A stretch of 64,000 nt of DNA from Octopus sinensis (GCF_006345805.1 NC_042997.1:122326001-122390000); one strand, 5' to 3'. Counted from the stretch's first letter, positions 1 to 12,523 are shown. Notes: generated by a model from the letters alone, not told the origin. Program-made: numbers and translations.

Positions 1-140
1 ACTTCCCACATCTAATTAAGCCACCTAGGTAACGGAGCTGACTACTTGTAGAATGACACAAAGGTATTTGGTCTTCAAGAGTTTCTTTCTTATGTTCTCT
101 TATCACCTGCTGCATGTTAAGTGTACTTTCTGCCTCAGCA

Positions 141-388
141 TCAAGATGTTTCGACGTTAAAATTTCTAATTCTAGTACCGAAGCACATACATATATTCAT
201 ATATGCATACAGGAAATATATATATATATGTATAAATATCAATATATACCTATCCATCTCTCTCCGTGTGTGTGAATGAGAAGATTTTTTCCAAGATCAT
301 CTATCCATAGGATTTCCTGTATGCATATATAAATATATGTATGTGCTTCGGCACTAGAATTAGAAATTTTAATGTCGAAACATCTTGA
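141..388. repeat. 77-bp inverted repeat (141-217 / 312-388), 3 mismatches, 94-nt spacer
   Basis: 141-217 tcaagatgtttcgacg...catacaggaaat is the reverse complement of 312-388 at 74/77 positions. Confidence 0.9.
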
Positions 389-408
389 TATATATATATA
401 TATATAAT

Positions 409-470
<62 letters not shown>

Positions 471-1988
471 TACAAGTATATATATATATATGTGTGTGTG
501 CGTACGTGCATTCGCTAAGTCTTACAAAATTGAACTTAATTATAACCATCCCTCTGTCTTCCTCGATATTCGTTACCGGAAAATTTAGATTTATGTTCCT
601 AGAATTTCAACAGAATATAAAGAATATGCGATATTTTTTAAACTTGAGCAATTCTACTGAACATGTAAAGAAAGAAAAGAAGACATTTTGTTCCACAATT
701 CTCTTATCATTCTTTTCATATCTTTAGATAAATAGACATGAGGCATGAATAAATTTTAATGTATTCCAATACATCGAAAACTGCTAAAATGTACTTTCAC
801 AGTATTCCTTTTAAATATATTCATGTTAACGTGCTGGATAAAACGCATATTTTTCATGCCTTTTAACTGAGTTATGATAACACACACAGGAATGTCATAT
901 TCAAACGTTAAACCTGGAGCTACAAATTATTCTAACAGTGGCTTCAGGCAAATCAAAGCAAAAGTTATCAAAAGCTTTTCTACAATTTTTCATTTCATAT
1001 GTTTTATAATTTATTACACCTTTTCTTTATTAAAACCACTTTTAGTGACATCGTTCACGCAATCTTATTACAATCTGCTTCAACTAAGTGCAGCAAAACA
1101 TTCTTAATGTATTTCCGTACACCCAAAATGTGTCCATTGCTTTTACAAATATCTACTGGTTAAAATCAGATTTCGAAGTTTTTCTACCCTTGTATTATTA
1201 TTTTTTTTCTTCTTAATCATTCTTACGATGTTCTTGTCATCAAAAATAAAACGTATTTGTCGATTTCAATATCTGAAAATAGCTGATCAACTAATATTAC
1301 ATAACTTTATAATCAGTATATATGTAACAGCCATATGCTGTAACGTTAACCACCGTTGTCATCGATTTTATTCTCTACGCAAGACCCAATCAAACTAGCC
1401 CGTTATATATTATCCAAGGTCGTCCGAATTATTTGTCCAATAACCGTTGTTTTCAGTTGATAACCGATTAATCTTACATTTGATAGCAAGCCAAACCATC
1501 TCAGGTTAACTTTCCAGATTTTAGAATTAACAATAAAATAAGGATTGATATACTGTTATTTATTGGCATCACAAAACGTTTTAATTGGATGGGATTGAAA
1601 AGAATGTATAGCCGTTTGTGTTGGAGTTCTACACATCACCAATCTAGAGGAAGAAATCTATGTAATTCAATGATATTTAGACTAATTGGTGCTGAGATAT
1701 AATCTCTCGGATATGCTAGCGACTTGAATTATTGTACCGGACGGTCTCATACATCAAAATTAAATGTAGTAGTAACTCTCATAAGTATATAATTCTATCA
1801 TATGATAAATAGATTTACGTTTATATGTAAATCAGCGAGTCTATTTAATACACAGGTACACTCATGCATACACACACACACACACACAGAGCGTATATGT
1901 GTGCATATACGCACATACATATGTGTTTATGTATATACGTATATGTATGTATACATATATACATGTGTATGTGTGTATGAATGTGTAC

Positions 1989-2036
<48 letters not shown>

Positions 2037-4532
2037 ATATATACATATGTACATAGCATAGAAACAAGGAATACAAAGTTATAATGTGGCTGTAAGAGTG
2101 ACATAATTTTGCAAACCGTGGAAGTGATGGATTCTAAAGGCATGTCTCACTTAATATAAAGGGTCAAACTGTTGATGCTTCCATCACGCTCTCTCACATT
2201 AGCGAAGCATACAATTCTAACCGGTAAAATAATTAACTGATTGAACAGGTTTCCTTGTCGAGAAAAGTTAAGTCACTTGATTTTTAACACCTAGACAGCA
2301 TTTTAATTCTTCTTAAATTGCTAATTTTATATTTTGAAAATCTGATATGCACCACCACATATACAACATATGTATGTATGAATTTATGCATGTGTATGGT
2401 GTGTGTGTGTGTGGTCTTTGTGTGTGCATGTATTCGTGCGTGTGTAAAGATAATGTAGAGCATTAAGTGTCAATTTGCCAAGCCTGGAGAACTGCACTTT
2501 TTACTTTGGCTTTAGTCTACCTGCACTTGAATAATTTTAATCATCATTATACTGCTGTCATAACTATCCCAGTATGGAAGGAATCTATTTCCCTCAATTT
2601 CCCTGTGTGTTCGTCTTCCTTAGTGATGTGAATATTCTTACATTTGCTTCACCCTTGAAATCATGCTACACTCATGGTGCCAGGAATGAAGCTGAAAATC
2701 TTGTACACTCGCGCATCTTTGTGAAACGTAGAATATTCCACACACTGATCGGTTTCTCACTTCCGCGAACTCGATTTATTAAATTAACATCTCTTCATCT
2801 AGGATAGTCTTAACACTTCTTTATCAAACACGACATGCTTCCTTCTTGCTTCGTTCTCCATCTCCCGTCTTCTACATTGGTTGCTCTCCATGTCGTGGCT
2901 GTTGGTTGTTCAGGGATTCCCCTGTTCGTGGAAGAACATCCTTGACAATACAAATGTTTCACTTCTGAACCATTAAACAGGTGAATGAAACAATTATCTT
3001 TGTTGTAATCTCCATCATCTCTCGCAACAGAAGCACAAAAAGCTAAACGCTCTTTGTGGTTTACTCGTAGGCGTGCTATAAAAATCCATTGTAAGAATAC
3101 GGCAAATAAAATAAGAAAAAGTAAAAGAAAAACGAATGTAAAACACTCTGTATAATAAATTGAACAGCTTTTACCTATCAACTTCTGATAACTTACCGTT
3201 TGATATGAAAAAAGATAACTTCGTGAATCGCAAGACATTTCGTTTCCCAAATTGCCGTCGACCATTCTGATGACTTGCTTCCCCTCCCAAGAGAGAATGT
3301 TAGGAAATATGAAGTATCATCTTACTCTATCTCTCACAGTTATGAGGTTTCTGTAAGTAGTCGTTTCGCAGACAGGATCAACTCTTGTTTTACCGCAAAT
3401 ATTCCACGCATATCTACGCCAAAAATTCCTCCTATACATCTCATTCAGTTACATACCATAGTCACAGCAATATCTATCAAAACACTTAAAATAAACAAAA
3501 CCTGAGACTAGCTTTTGCCCCTATATTAACCTCCAACAATGAAAGACAAAGTTACTTTTCCTATTCTCGAAACTCTCCATTCTGTACCTCACACTTTACA
3601 TATCGCTTTGTCTGTTATGTCTCTGGCCGATATCGAGCTCGATACTGAGATGCATTTTATGGTGTCTTCCATTGTTTTTCATTTCTAACAAAGTAAATCT
3701 GTTCGATGTCAGTGTTAAGAACCACATTCTACATCATGAATCTCTCTATCACTCCAAATCCATCAATACGACTATAGAATTGAAATTCCAACTATCATCA
3801 TGTGCCAAGACTGGTTCTTTATTTACTACTTTCCTTCTCCACTTCAAATTATAAAGAGCTTCATCCGTCAATGTCCAGTTCTTTACAGTTTATACCACCC
3901 TTGTCTCTCTTGTGCAATTTTATACTCTAAACTCACCGACGTACAATTAACATACCTTATTCCAAAATATATTGAATTCATAAAAAAACGCAGAAACACG
4001 TTCAGTAAGCATTTAATATTTACCCTTTCAAAAACAAAATACACACAATCAGTTCACATATCTCTTGTACTCGATAACTCCTAATCAAGGTAATACCATG
4101 ATGATTGCGACAAACATTAGTGGTCCCCCAATCATTAATGGCCTCTTTTGACAATCTCATATCGAAATCATTGAAAAATCTAGGCCTCTGAAATCTGTCG
4201 CGCTTTGTATAGCAAGAAGAAAAAAAACACTTTCGTTGTTAACAGTTGATAAATCAATACAAGGAGACAAAATACGATCCATTTGTAGTTCACTGCTTCA
4301 ATATAATGTAAGTTATGTTTTTGGTGCATACAGAGATAAATTTAACCTGAATGGCACTTTGCTTTTGACTCCGGTCTTTATGCAGTATAATCAACGTACC
4401 TACCATTCAATACGAGATTGATCTAATTATTACAATGCATATAACTATTTTCTATAAGACTGACTATCACTGCTAAAGATAATTCTACATAATGGCCGGG
4501 GGTCAATGATTAAGGAATCTAAAAGAATGACG

Positions 4533-4576
<44 letters not shown>

Positions 4577-4579
<3 letters not shown>

Positions 4580-4700
4580 CATAGGGAGAGTTTACGAAAA
4601 AATAAAAGAGGAAGACAGGTGGTGTACAAAACAAACAGATGTATTAGTATAACACTCAGGAATAGAAGAAGTATTTTACGTTTCGAGCCTACGCCCTTCT
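4577..4700 (-). mobile_element. Fragment of a probable Penelope-like repeat with the 3' half of a minimal hammerhead-like motif
   Basis: Homologous to ~7765-7900 (aagacaggtg...gaagaagta.tttacgttt.gag.ctacgc). The minus strand reads gggc-gtag-gctc-GAAA-cg-t-a and is truncated at the core. Lies next to (AT)n. Confidence 0.45.
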
Positions 4701-4706
4701 ATATAC

Positions 4707-5128
4707 ATACAAAATTAAGAGGGATGACCACTAAAGTGGACACCTAATATGCTAAACATAGACGTCGCCAAAGTGAAGACATTTGAAAAGTAGACCCAAA
4801 TATAATTTGTAGAACATTATACAGAGTCGATTTCAGTTGAGCGTTCTGTGGCTAGTCCTAGAAATTGTGTTTTGTAAGCAACAGACTACGCTGACGATCT
4901 TGCAGATACTTGCGTGTTTGCATGTGGAGATATTAACAAGTGAAACCATTGGTACGTAGGTATCGCTTTTTATTTCGTATATTTCTATTTGCCTTGCCAA
5001 TTTTTTTCAAATTTGGTATTTTGCTAAGAGTTTTCATGAGAACACAATCCTCGTGATAATGGCGATTTGACGTCTATGTTTAGCATATTAGGTGTCCACT
5101 TTAGTGGTCATTCCTCTTTATTTTGTAT
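4707..5128. mobile_element. ~420-bp element bounded by ~60-bp inverted repeats (MITE-like, or inverted pseudo-LTR end)
   Basis: 4707-4766 (atacaaaattaagagggatgaccactaaagtggacacc...gacgtc) matches the reverse complement of 5069-5128 with 2 mismatches. Confidence 0.75.
4886..4959 (+). ncRNA. Type I hammerhead ribozyme motif
   Basis: Stem I ctacg/cgtag; core CTGACGA 4891-4897; t-cttg...caag-t; GAAA 4942-4945; palindromic stem III acca-t-tggt; GUA triplet; predicted cut after 4954. Confidence 0.75.
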
Positions 5129-5270
5129 ATAACACAATTTTTAATCTTCGGTTTTTTTTTATATATGCTAAGCCACTGGCCTTCTTTAATTAATATCAAG
5201 TTATACCTTATTTAATTTTATATATCATAGATGATATATATATACACTATATATATATATATATATATAT

Positions 5271-5329
<59 letters not shown>

Positions 5330-5619
5330 CATATATATATATATATTTTCGAAAAATTATTTTCGAATTCTTTTCTTTTATGAGGTTTTCACGCTAGCTA
5401 CCCGATAATTTCTTGTTAAGATCCCTTATTAAGAGATTATCCTTAATTGTTAAACTTATTCCGAAATACTTTTCATTATCCGACATGCAGTTCGTAAAAA
5501 GCCCGCCATTTACCGGATATATGATTTATAAACATTCCATGTGCTTGGCCGGAGTGAGCAGTTGTCTGTTCGTCTTCGCTACGTAAGGTTGGAAGTTTAT
5601 TTATGATGTGTTCAGAATC

Positions 5620-5677
5620 AGTTCTGCTGACGATCATTAGACGTAAGTTGAATGTGAAATCACGGTGATACAGAACT
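5620..5677 (+). ncRNA. Type I hammerhead ribozyme motif, repeat unit 1
   Basis: 7-bp stem I agttctg/cagaact; CTGACGA 5627-5633; t-catt...aatg-t, extendable to gac-GTAA-gtt; GAAA 5656-5659; stem III atca-cgg-tgat; AUA triplet; predicted cut after 5670. Confidence 0.85.
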
Positions 5678-6104
5678 AAATTCATTTTTTTTAAATGTCT
5701 TGCTTTGAAAAACTGCATTTAGGTATGATTAGTATAATTTTGGTAGTAATGACTTTGTCCCTCTTAGTGGGAGGCATTTATGTGTAATAATGCCCTCTAT
5801 ACAATATAGATATAATTAATTTGTTCAAAAGAAAAAAAATTATTTTCGAATTCTTTTCTTTTATGAGGTTTTCACGCTAGCTACCCGATAATTTCTTGTT
5901 AAGATCCCTTATTAAGAGATTATCCTTAATTGTTAAACTTATTCCGAAATACTTTTCATTACCCGACATGCAGTTCGTAAAAAGCCCGCCATTTACCGGA
6001 TATATGATTTATAAACATTCCATGTGCTTGGCCGGGAGGTGAGCAGTTGTCTGTTCGTCTTCGCTACGTAAGGTTGGTAGTTTATTTATGATGTGTTCAG
6101 AATC

Positions 6105-6165
6105 AGTTCTGCTGACGATCATTAGACGTAAGTTGAATGTGAAATCACGGTGTTGATACAGAACT
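6105..6165 (+). ncRNA. Type I hammerhead ribozyme motif, repeat unit 2
   Basis: Same as unit 1 (core 6112-6118, GAAA 6141-6144) except a 6-nt loop III (cggtgt); predicted cut after 6158. Confidence 0.85.
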
Positions 6166-6556
6166 AAATTCATTTTTTTTAAATGTCTTGCTTTGAAAAA
6201 CTGCATTTGGGTATATTAGTATAATTTTGGTAGTAGTAATGACTTTGTCCCTCCTAGTGTGAGGCATTTATGTGTAATAATGCCCTCTATACAATATAGA
6301 TATAATTAATTGTTCAAAAGAAAAAAATTATTTTCGAATTCTTTTCTTTTATGAGGTTTTCACGCTAGCTACCCGATAATTTCTTGTTAAGTTCCTTATT
6401 AAGAGATTATCCTTAATTGTTAAACTTATATATATATATATAAAGCTTCCCGTTAATATATATATATATATATATATAATATATATATATATATTATATA
6501 TATATATATATACATACATATATATATATATATATCTATATACATATATATATATA

Positions 6557-6596
<40 letters not shown>

Positions 6597-6628
6597 CAAA
6601 ATTTGATACTGATTAGAAGATCGAAATT

Positions 6629-6672
6629 CCACCTGAAGATTGTCGGTAGCAGACATGAAACATTTGTAGTGG
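6629..6672 (+). ncRNA. Minimal type I hammerhead ribozyme motif
   Basis: ccac CTGAAGA t tgtc-ggtagca-gaca t GAAA catttg t a gtgg: 4-bp stem I, 4-bp stem II, near-palindromic stem III acatttgt, GUA triplet. Confidence 0.7.
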
Positions 6673-6776
6673 CGGTTTATTTAATTTATATAACATTTTA
6701 TGTATTGATTAAGTCTTTCCTTGTTTGGTTTTAAAATAGTGGTTTTGTCTCGAATTGTATATATATATATATATAA

Positions 6777-6862
<86 letters not shown>

Positions 6863-7369
6863 TAATATCATGAGAATCAGATAGAATAGACTTATTAGTG
6901 CTCAAGAGGTCTAAACTTGAGTGGGTGTAGAAGTAAATGTAGGGATAAGCAAGTTAGACAGATCAATATATAAAGTATATTAAATAGATGAAATACAAAA
7001 TATATATATGTTTACATACGAAAAGGTACAACGTATACTGATTTCAAATGATACAGAGAATAAAAGGGGTTGAAGGAAAGTGTTACAAATCTAATAGCTT
7101 TTCTGGGTGCTCGTTTGTCCGAAATAATGATTGTGTATTGATTCCATCATAGGATGAGACGAGACTTCGACTTCTGGGAAGAGATCTTTACATTTGAGGT
7201 GTTGAACTTCATAGATCGAACCTTCTTTTAGGAACTGGATCAATGACAATATAAAAAGCTGTAAATAATAGCATGGATATATTATTTATAGTTTTGTATA
7301 TACTTTGAAATCCAAATCCCAAACGCAACTGATCCGTGATCTCTTGGAAGTTCATAAATCATGACCTCA

Positions 7370-7735
7370 ACGATGGCGAGGCTGTGTGCTAAGAAGCTTG
7401 CTTTCCAATAACATGGTTCAGGGTTCAATCCCACTGCAAGGCATCTTGGACAAATGTATTCTACTATACCCTCGGTCCAACCAAAGCCTTACTTATGAAT
7501 GGATTTGGTAGAGGGAAACTGAAAGAAGCCCGTCGTATGTATACATGTGTGTGTGTGTGTGTCTATTAGTTCCCTCGCCATAGCTTGACATTCGATGTTT
7601 AAATCCCCGAAATATAGCGGTTCGACAAAAGAGACTACTAGAGTATGTACTAAGCCTACAAAGAATAAGTCCTGGGGTCGATTTCTTCGACTAAAGGAGT
7701 TGCTCCAGCATGGCCGCAGTCAAATTACTGAAACT
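7370..7735 (+). mobile_element. tRNA-derived SINE (common Octopus-type family)
   Basis: tRNA-like head with B-box-like ggttcaatccc, internal (GT)n and 3' ccagcatggccgcagtcaaat; homologous to the 40560-40970 copy. Confidence 0.8.
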
Positions 7736-7764
7736 ATATATATATATATATATATATATGAAAT

Positions 7765-7900
7765 TTATAGAGAAACAAAAAAAAAACAAAGACAGGTGTA
7801 TGACCAACAAGCCGGTATATTAGTTTGACGCTCGTGAAACTGAAGAAGTAGTTTACGTTTGGAGTCTACGCGCTTCAACAGAAAAGAATAAGAGAAAATA
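7765..7900 (-). mobile_element. Second copy of the 4577-4700 repeat with a degenerate hammerhead-like motif
   Basis: The minus strand reads CTGTTGA-a-gcgc-gtag-actc-cAAA-cg-t-a; local homology to 4577-4700. Confidence 0.4.
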
Positions 7901-8061
7901 AACATATAACCTGGTGATTCGGCATATGAGTGACTGATGGATTAATTATCAGCTTTAAATATAAGTACTTTGGTCGATTAATCGAACTAAACTCCTTAAG
8001 GACGTGCCCCAGCTTCAAAGCATTCAAATGAGAGAGAGAGAGAGTGTTCGCGTGTGTGTGT

Positions 8062-8099
<38 letters not shown>

Positions 8100-11000
8100 T
8101 GCGTTCCAAGATTACTGCTTGTGACAACAATATATTGCTTACTATCGGGCTGGTATTATCACTTCGCATCGTTTGAAATTATCATCAGAGAACGTAATTA
8201 GATTTTGGTTTTAACTGTAACTAAAATCTTATTTCTAGTTTCCTTGGTCACGTTTAATTGTATTACTATCTTTTCCTTGCAATCTCATAGCAATCTTTGG
8301 GTTTCGCTTACGAAAATTAATATCATAGAACAGATTATAGCAACTAAATGAAATTTGTTTACATATACAAGAAACGCTTTAGTTTTACATCTAAACAAAG
8401 TCAAAACCACTCTTATAATTCTATTCGTTTTCCTATCTAAATATTGAAGGATAATATTTACACAGCGGGGATGTTTTATTAGCAATATAAGCTTTTTCAA
8501 CACGAATCCAACATCAATGTGGAGGTATGTGTCTTTTCAGGTGTTTTTACGTTCTGAGTTCAAATTCCACAAAAGCCTAATTTTCCTTTTATCTATTCGG
8601 GTTGGATAAAATAAGTACCAATTGAGCACCGCGGTCAATGTAATACTTACCTAATCCCCCAAAATTGTTGGTCTTGTCCCAAAATTTGAAACTAATATTA
8701 ATTTTATCTTAGAATGTGTACAAAATATCAGCAGAAAAAGGAAAAGAAGTATTTTACCTGTCGCATACTATTATCGTGAATAGTCACCATGCAATTAAGC
8801 TAATAGGGAAAAATAATTTATTTGTTGCATTTGCTTTTCATTAGGAAAAATATGCCACAACCAATTATTTAAGTCCATCTTTATTATTATAATAGGACAA
8901 GTAGAATAATTTTAGAAACTAGTAAGAAATATTATGCCAATAATAACAATAGACTCCTATTAAATATTTATGGTGTATATACAAAACCATTATGGTAAGT
9001 AGGAAGCGAAACTTCGTTCGCTGAAATTTGTTTTGACATGGCATACTATAATTATATAGAAAATACTAAAAGAAAACTTATTTTTAAGTTATACTTTCTG
9101 AAGTTACTTTTGTGGCATGCATTCTTAATAGAGCAGGAAAAAAAGTTATATAATAGGTGGCAAAAAATAAAGGCAACTATAGAAACTGTATTAATTGTAC
9201 TTTTAAGCATTTATACATGCAGTTCTATTCTACTAGCATAGAAGTTTCACATTCTGGCTCTCGGGTTTTCTAATCAAGTATTATCACCGATACACACATA
9301 TAAACGCACACACATGTCTACAATTACGAACACCAGCGTTTCTGACGTCACCTCATACAACAGTGTGTCTCCATTTCCGGTCTGCAATGAAATTTTATTT
9401 CATACTGACTACGTTTGTTAAGTAAAAATTTCTCCCCCTCTTACCTAATGCTGAACCATTTATATATATCGATCTGCTGAGATGGATTATTGTCCCAAAC
9501 TTTGGACAGATCTACCACTGGAAATTTTCTGCTATATAGAAAACATCGCTCTTAGCAAGGTATCACTGTCTGTGGCTGGAATGGTGTAGAAGTCCGAAAA
9601 ATCTATCTATAGTTCGTAGGAAGTTACTTCCTGAAAGTACAGCCTGGTCAAAATTGTCAACGTAAAATGTGCCCCTTACATATATAGCAAATATTTCAGA
9701 TTTTTTACATTTAGGTTTGAAATCCCGTAAGAAAGAAAAAAAACAAAAGGAAAATTAACTGCTGGTTTTGGAAAGACATGGCATGAACTAAGTAATACGA
9801 CCCACAGTAACAGATATGACATTTGAAGTTAAATAATTGAAAAAAGATTTGAAGCAGGCATTTCCTTCATGATGTTTTCAAATTCCATTGACTACCCTTA
9901 CATAGTAATGGAATGATCTGAGAAAAGTTACTACATTTTGGGCAAACAAGCAGTATTTGCGACTACATTCCACGAACCGTTATATAGAATGAGTCAAAAT
10001 ATACGTAAGATCAATTCAAACTTGAAAAATATTAACTAGCTTTTAAATACAAAAAAAATATTTCACCGTTCTTCGTATAACTTGGGTGAAATATATGAAT
10101 TCTGAAAGCCGTACACCTATTTCATCAGATTTTACATGTCATCAATATGATTTTCGTCTACAACGTCTCGTATTCAAACAGTCTTCTCTGTCCATTACTT
10201 ATTTGTCATCAATCTAGAGTTTTACACCAAGTTACCTGTTGCATGAATAAACAATCTTCAGTAGGGTTTAGCAATAGCTTAGCAATAAATCTGCATTATT
10301 TTTATTGCGCTTTGTTTCAAGTTCAGCTTAATTACTAACGATTCATTACTATATTATCGCCTTTTATACTTCTGAGTGGTTGTTGCACTCTCACAAAGAT
10401 CACCATTTTTTCCCATTATCTCTTTATTATATAATTGATTTGAGTGCCTCAAAAAGTAACACTATTGCTTCTTTTGGTGAGTAATAATGCAAGGATTGCA
10501 ATGCATCGTATCACCTACCCTTTGCGAATCTAGTCTGAGAGAATGAATTCAAAAACCATTCAAAGTAGACGATATAACGTGTTACAACTCTTGTAGTTTA
10601 GTCACCAATTAGTACATTATTATATGTTAAGACACTCAGAATATCACTGAATAAGTCATAATGACACATTTACTTTAATGGTAGGAATATAAACATAATC
10701 GTAGTATGGTGTTCTATATTTAATGAGTCTCGATTCTGTTATGCAGATTCAAACTCTAAACAGTTGTTCCTTCAAGTCTTTTATAATTTACTGACGAATG
10801 GTTAAACGAACCCAACTATATCTAGAAAAACATATTTCCTTCCAATTTTTGACCCTCAACACCTGCCAAATGCGCTTCAAATGGAGCAGTGATTTATCTT
10901 AATCTATCGTTAATAACTATCACTGTTATGCCTTCTTGTCTTTCGCCATTTACCGTAACCAATAACATTCTAATGTTCCAGCAATATCAATCCATTTTCT

Positions 11001-12523
11001 TATGTTATGAGAGTAATCGCCATTTAATAGGTTGGATTCTCCTCCTACAGACTGTCCTGGAGATTAAAATTACATTGTTCTCTCTATACCTGTCTCTCAT
11101 GATATATAACGAATAATCACGCACATACAGTCCTTTAAAAAAAAACTTTTATAATTGTATGGATAACAAATACACTAACTACAAAATGAATTATAATATT
11201 TAGATACGAAACTATTTTCTGTATTTTAGGAATCCTTATAATACTCGTCTTTTCCCTACTTCTTATGAAATTATATCAGTCTCATTGGTCACAGAGCAAC
11301 ACAAACTTTGACACAACAAAAGAAAATAATGTCAGTTTGTCTTCATAGAAATGTTAATGTCGACACAATAAGAATATTAAATTGTACGTACCGTTTTTTT
11401 TTTGATGGCTAGAATATATAAGTGTATCAAGTTATATTTAAATATTTTCCTAATATACAAGACGAACATGACAGTTTTATATTGAAGTGATCTTACCTTC
11501 TTAAATTTGTTTAAATAATCTTGTATAGTTTCCAACATAATTCATCGGCCACATGACAAAAACATTCGCTTAAGCCACACCAGCAAAACAGTTCCTTTTC
11601 AAATATAGCCCTAGACATACTTATATATATACATGATTGCGTAAATGTATATGAAACCACACACACATATACACACATGAATGTGTGTATAATTATTTTC
11701 TTTCATCTTTTACCACGGTCATGAGTCTGTTATTAGACTTTATGGAATACAATATGGCACGAAAAATATAGCGTTCAATATAATGAACGTTACAACAATC
11801 GATCGTTTTGGATCATATTTTCCACAAATTATTCTTCTACAACCGACACAGGGTCACAACGAGGCTAAGACTTATGCTACAAATGTCTTTTCAGAGAATA
11901 ATAAAACACTGAATAAATCATTATATTTCACCTGTATTCACCTGACGTCTGCCATATGTTCTTCGGGTTACACTACTTTTAACTAATGTATAAACATCAA
12001 AAATATTTATCGAAGACAATATCACCCTTGTATTGATGAATCGAAGAAAGTATTGTGTTGTTTTTTCTTCTTCAGTTCTATTTACAATTATTATTTTTCT
12101 TTCATACATTTCTCTTTTTTCTCTTTCTACATGATTGTCCATATTAATAAAAGTTGTTAATATATGATTGCATATTATATCTAGAGCAGGTTAATATTAA
12201 GAGAAAACCAGCCAAAACACCACGAAGTATCCTGAATTCCACTAAAGGATTACGTTACGCATATACATTTCTTAAGGTTTCCTTTACATAAATATTGCTG
12301 ATCAATGCTATTGCTAGGCAAAGAAAGATAAGCAATCCCCTTCATCTTTTGCTGTTTTTCTGAGGAAACAAAGAAATCGCGTTGTTATGTAATTCCTTCA
12401 TTGACTGGCAATGAAACCAAATATATATTCTGTGAATCACCACACTGTTAATTCAGTTCCTTCGATGCCAATGAGCTTAGAATATCGGAATACTTATAAA
12501 AGAACACGTGTAAATGAGAGAAA

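Larger units (their letters stand above)
5351..6428 (+). repeat. Tandem array of ~485-bp units (2.2 copies), one hammerhead per full unit; retrozyme-like or Penelope pseudo-LTR-like
   Basis: Units start at ~5352, ~5835 and ~6323 (aaaaattattttcgaattc...). The copies differ mainly by small indels. (AT)n flanks both sides. Confidence 0.9.

Noticed and set aside
3267-3325. CTGATGA...GAAA at 3267
   Set aside because: Stems I and II do not pair adequately; chance match.
5476-6206. Duplicated minus-strand ORFs MQFFKARHLKK...
   Set aside because: Antisense to the ribozyme array; the frame differs between units because of indels; no protein motif.
5351-6428. CRISPR-like or prokaryotic defence array
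   Set aside because: Eukaryotic context, and whole units repeat without unique spacers.
7090-9530. Candidate minus-strand exons (acceptor ~7259; 8760-8801; ~9446-9530)
   Set aside because: Splice phases do not chain into a consistent ORF and no protein family is recognisable.
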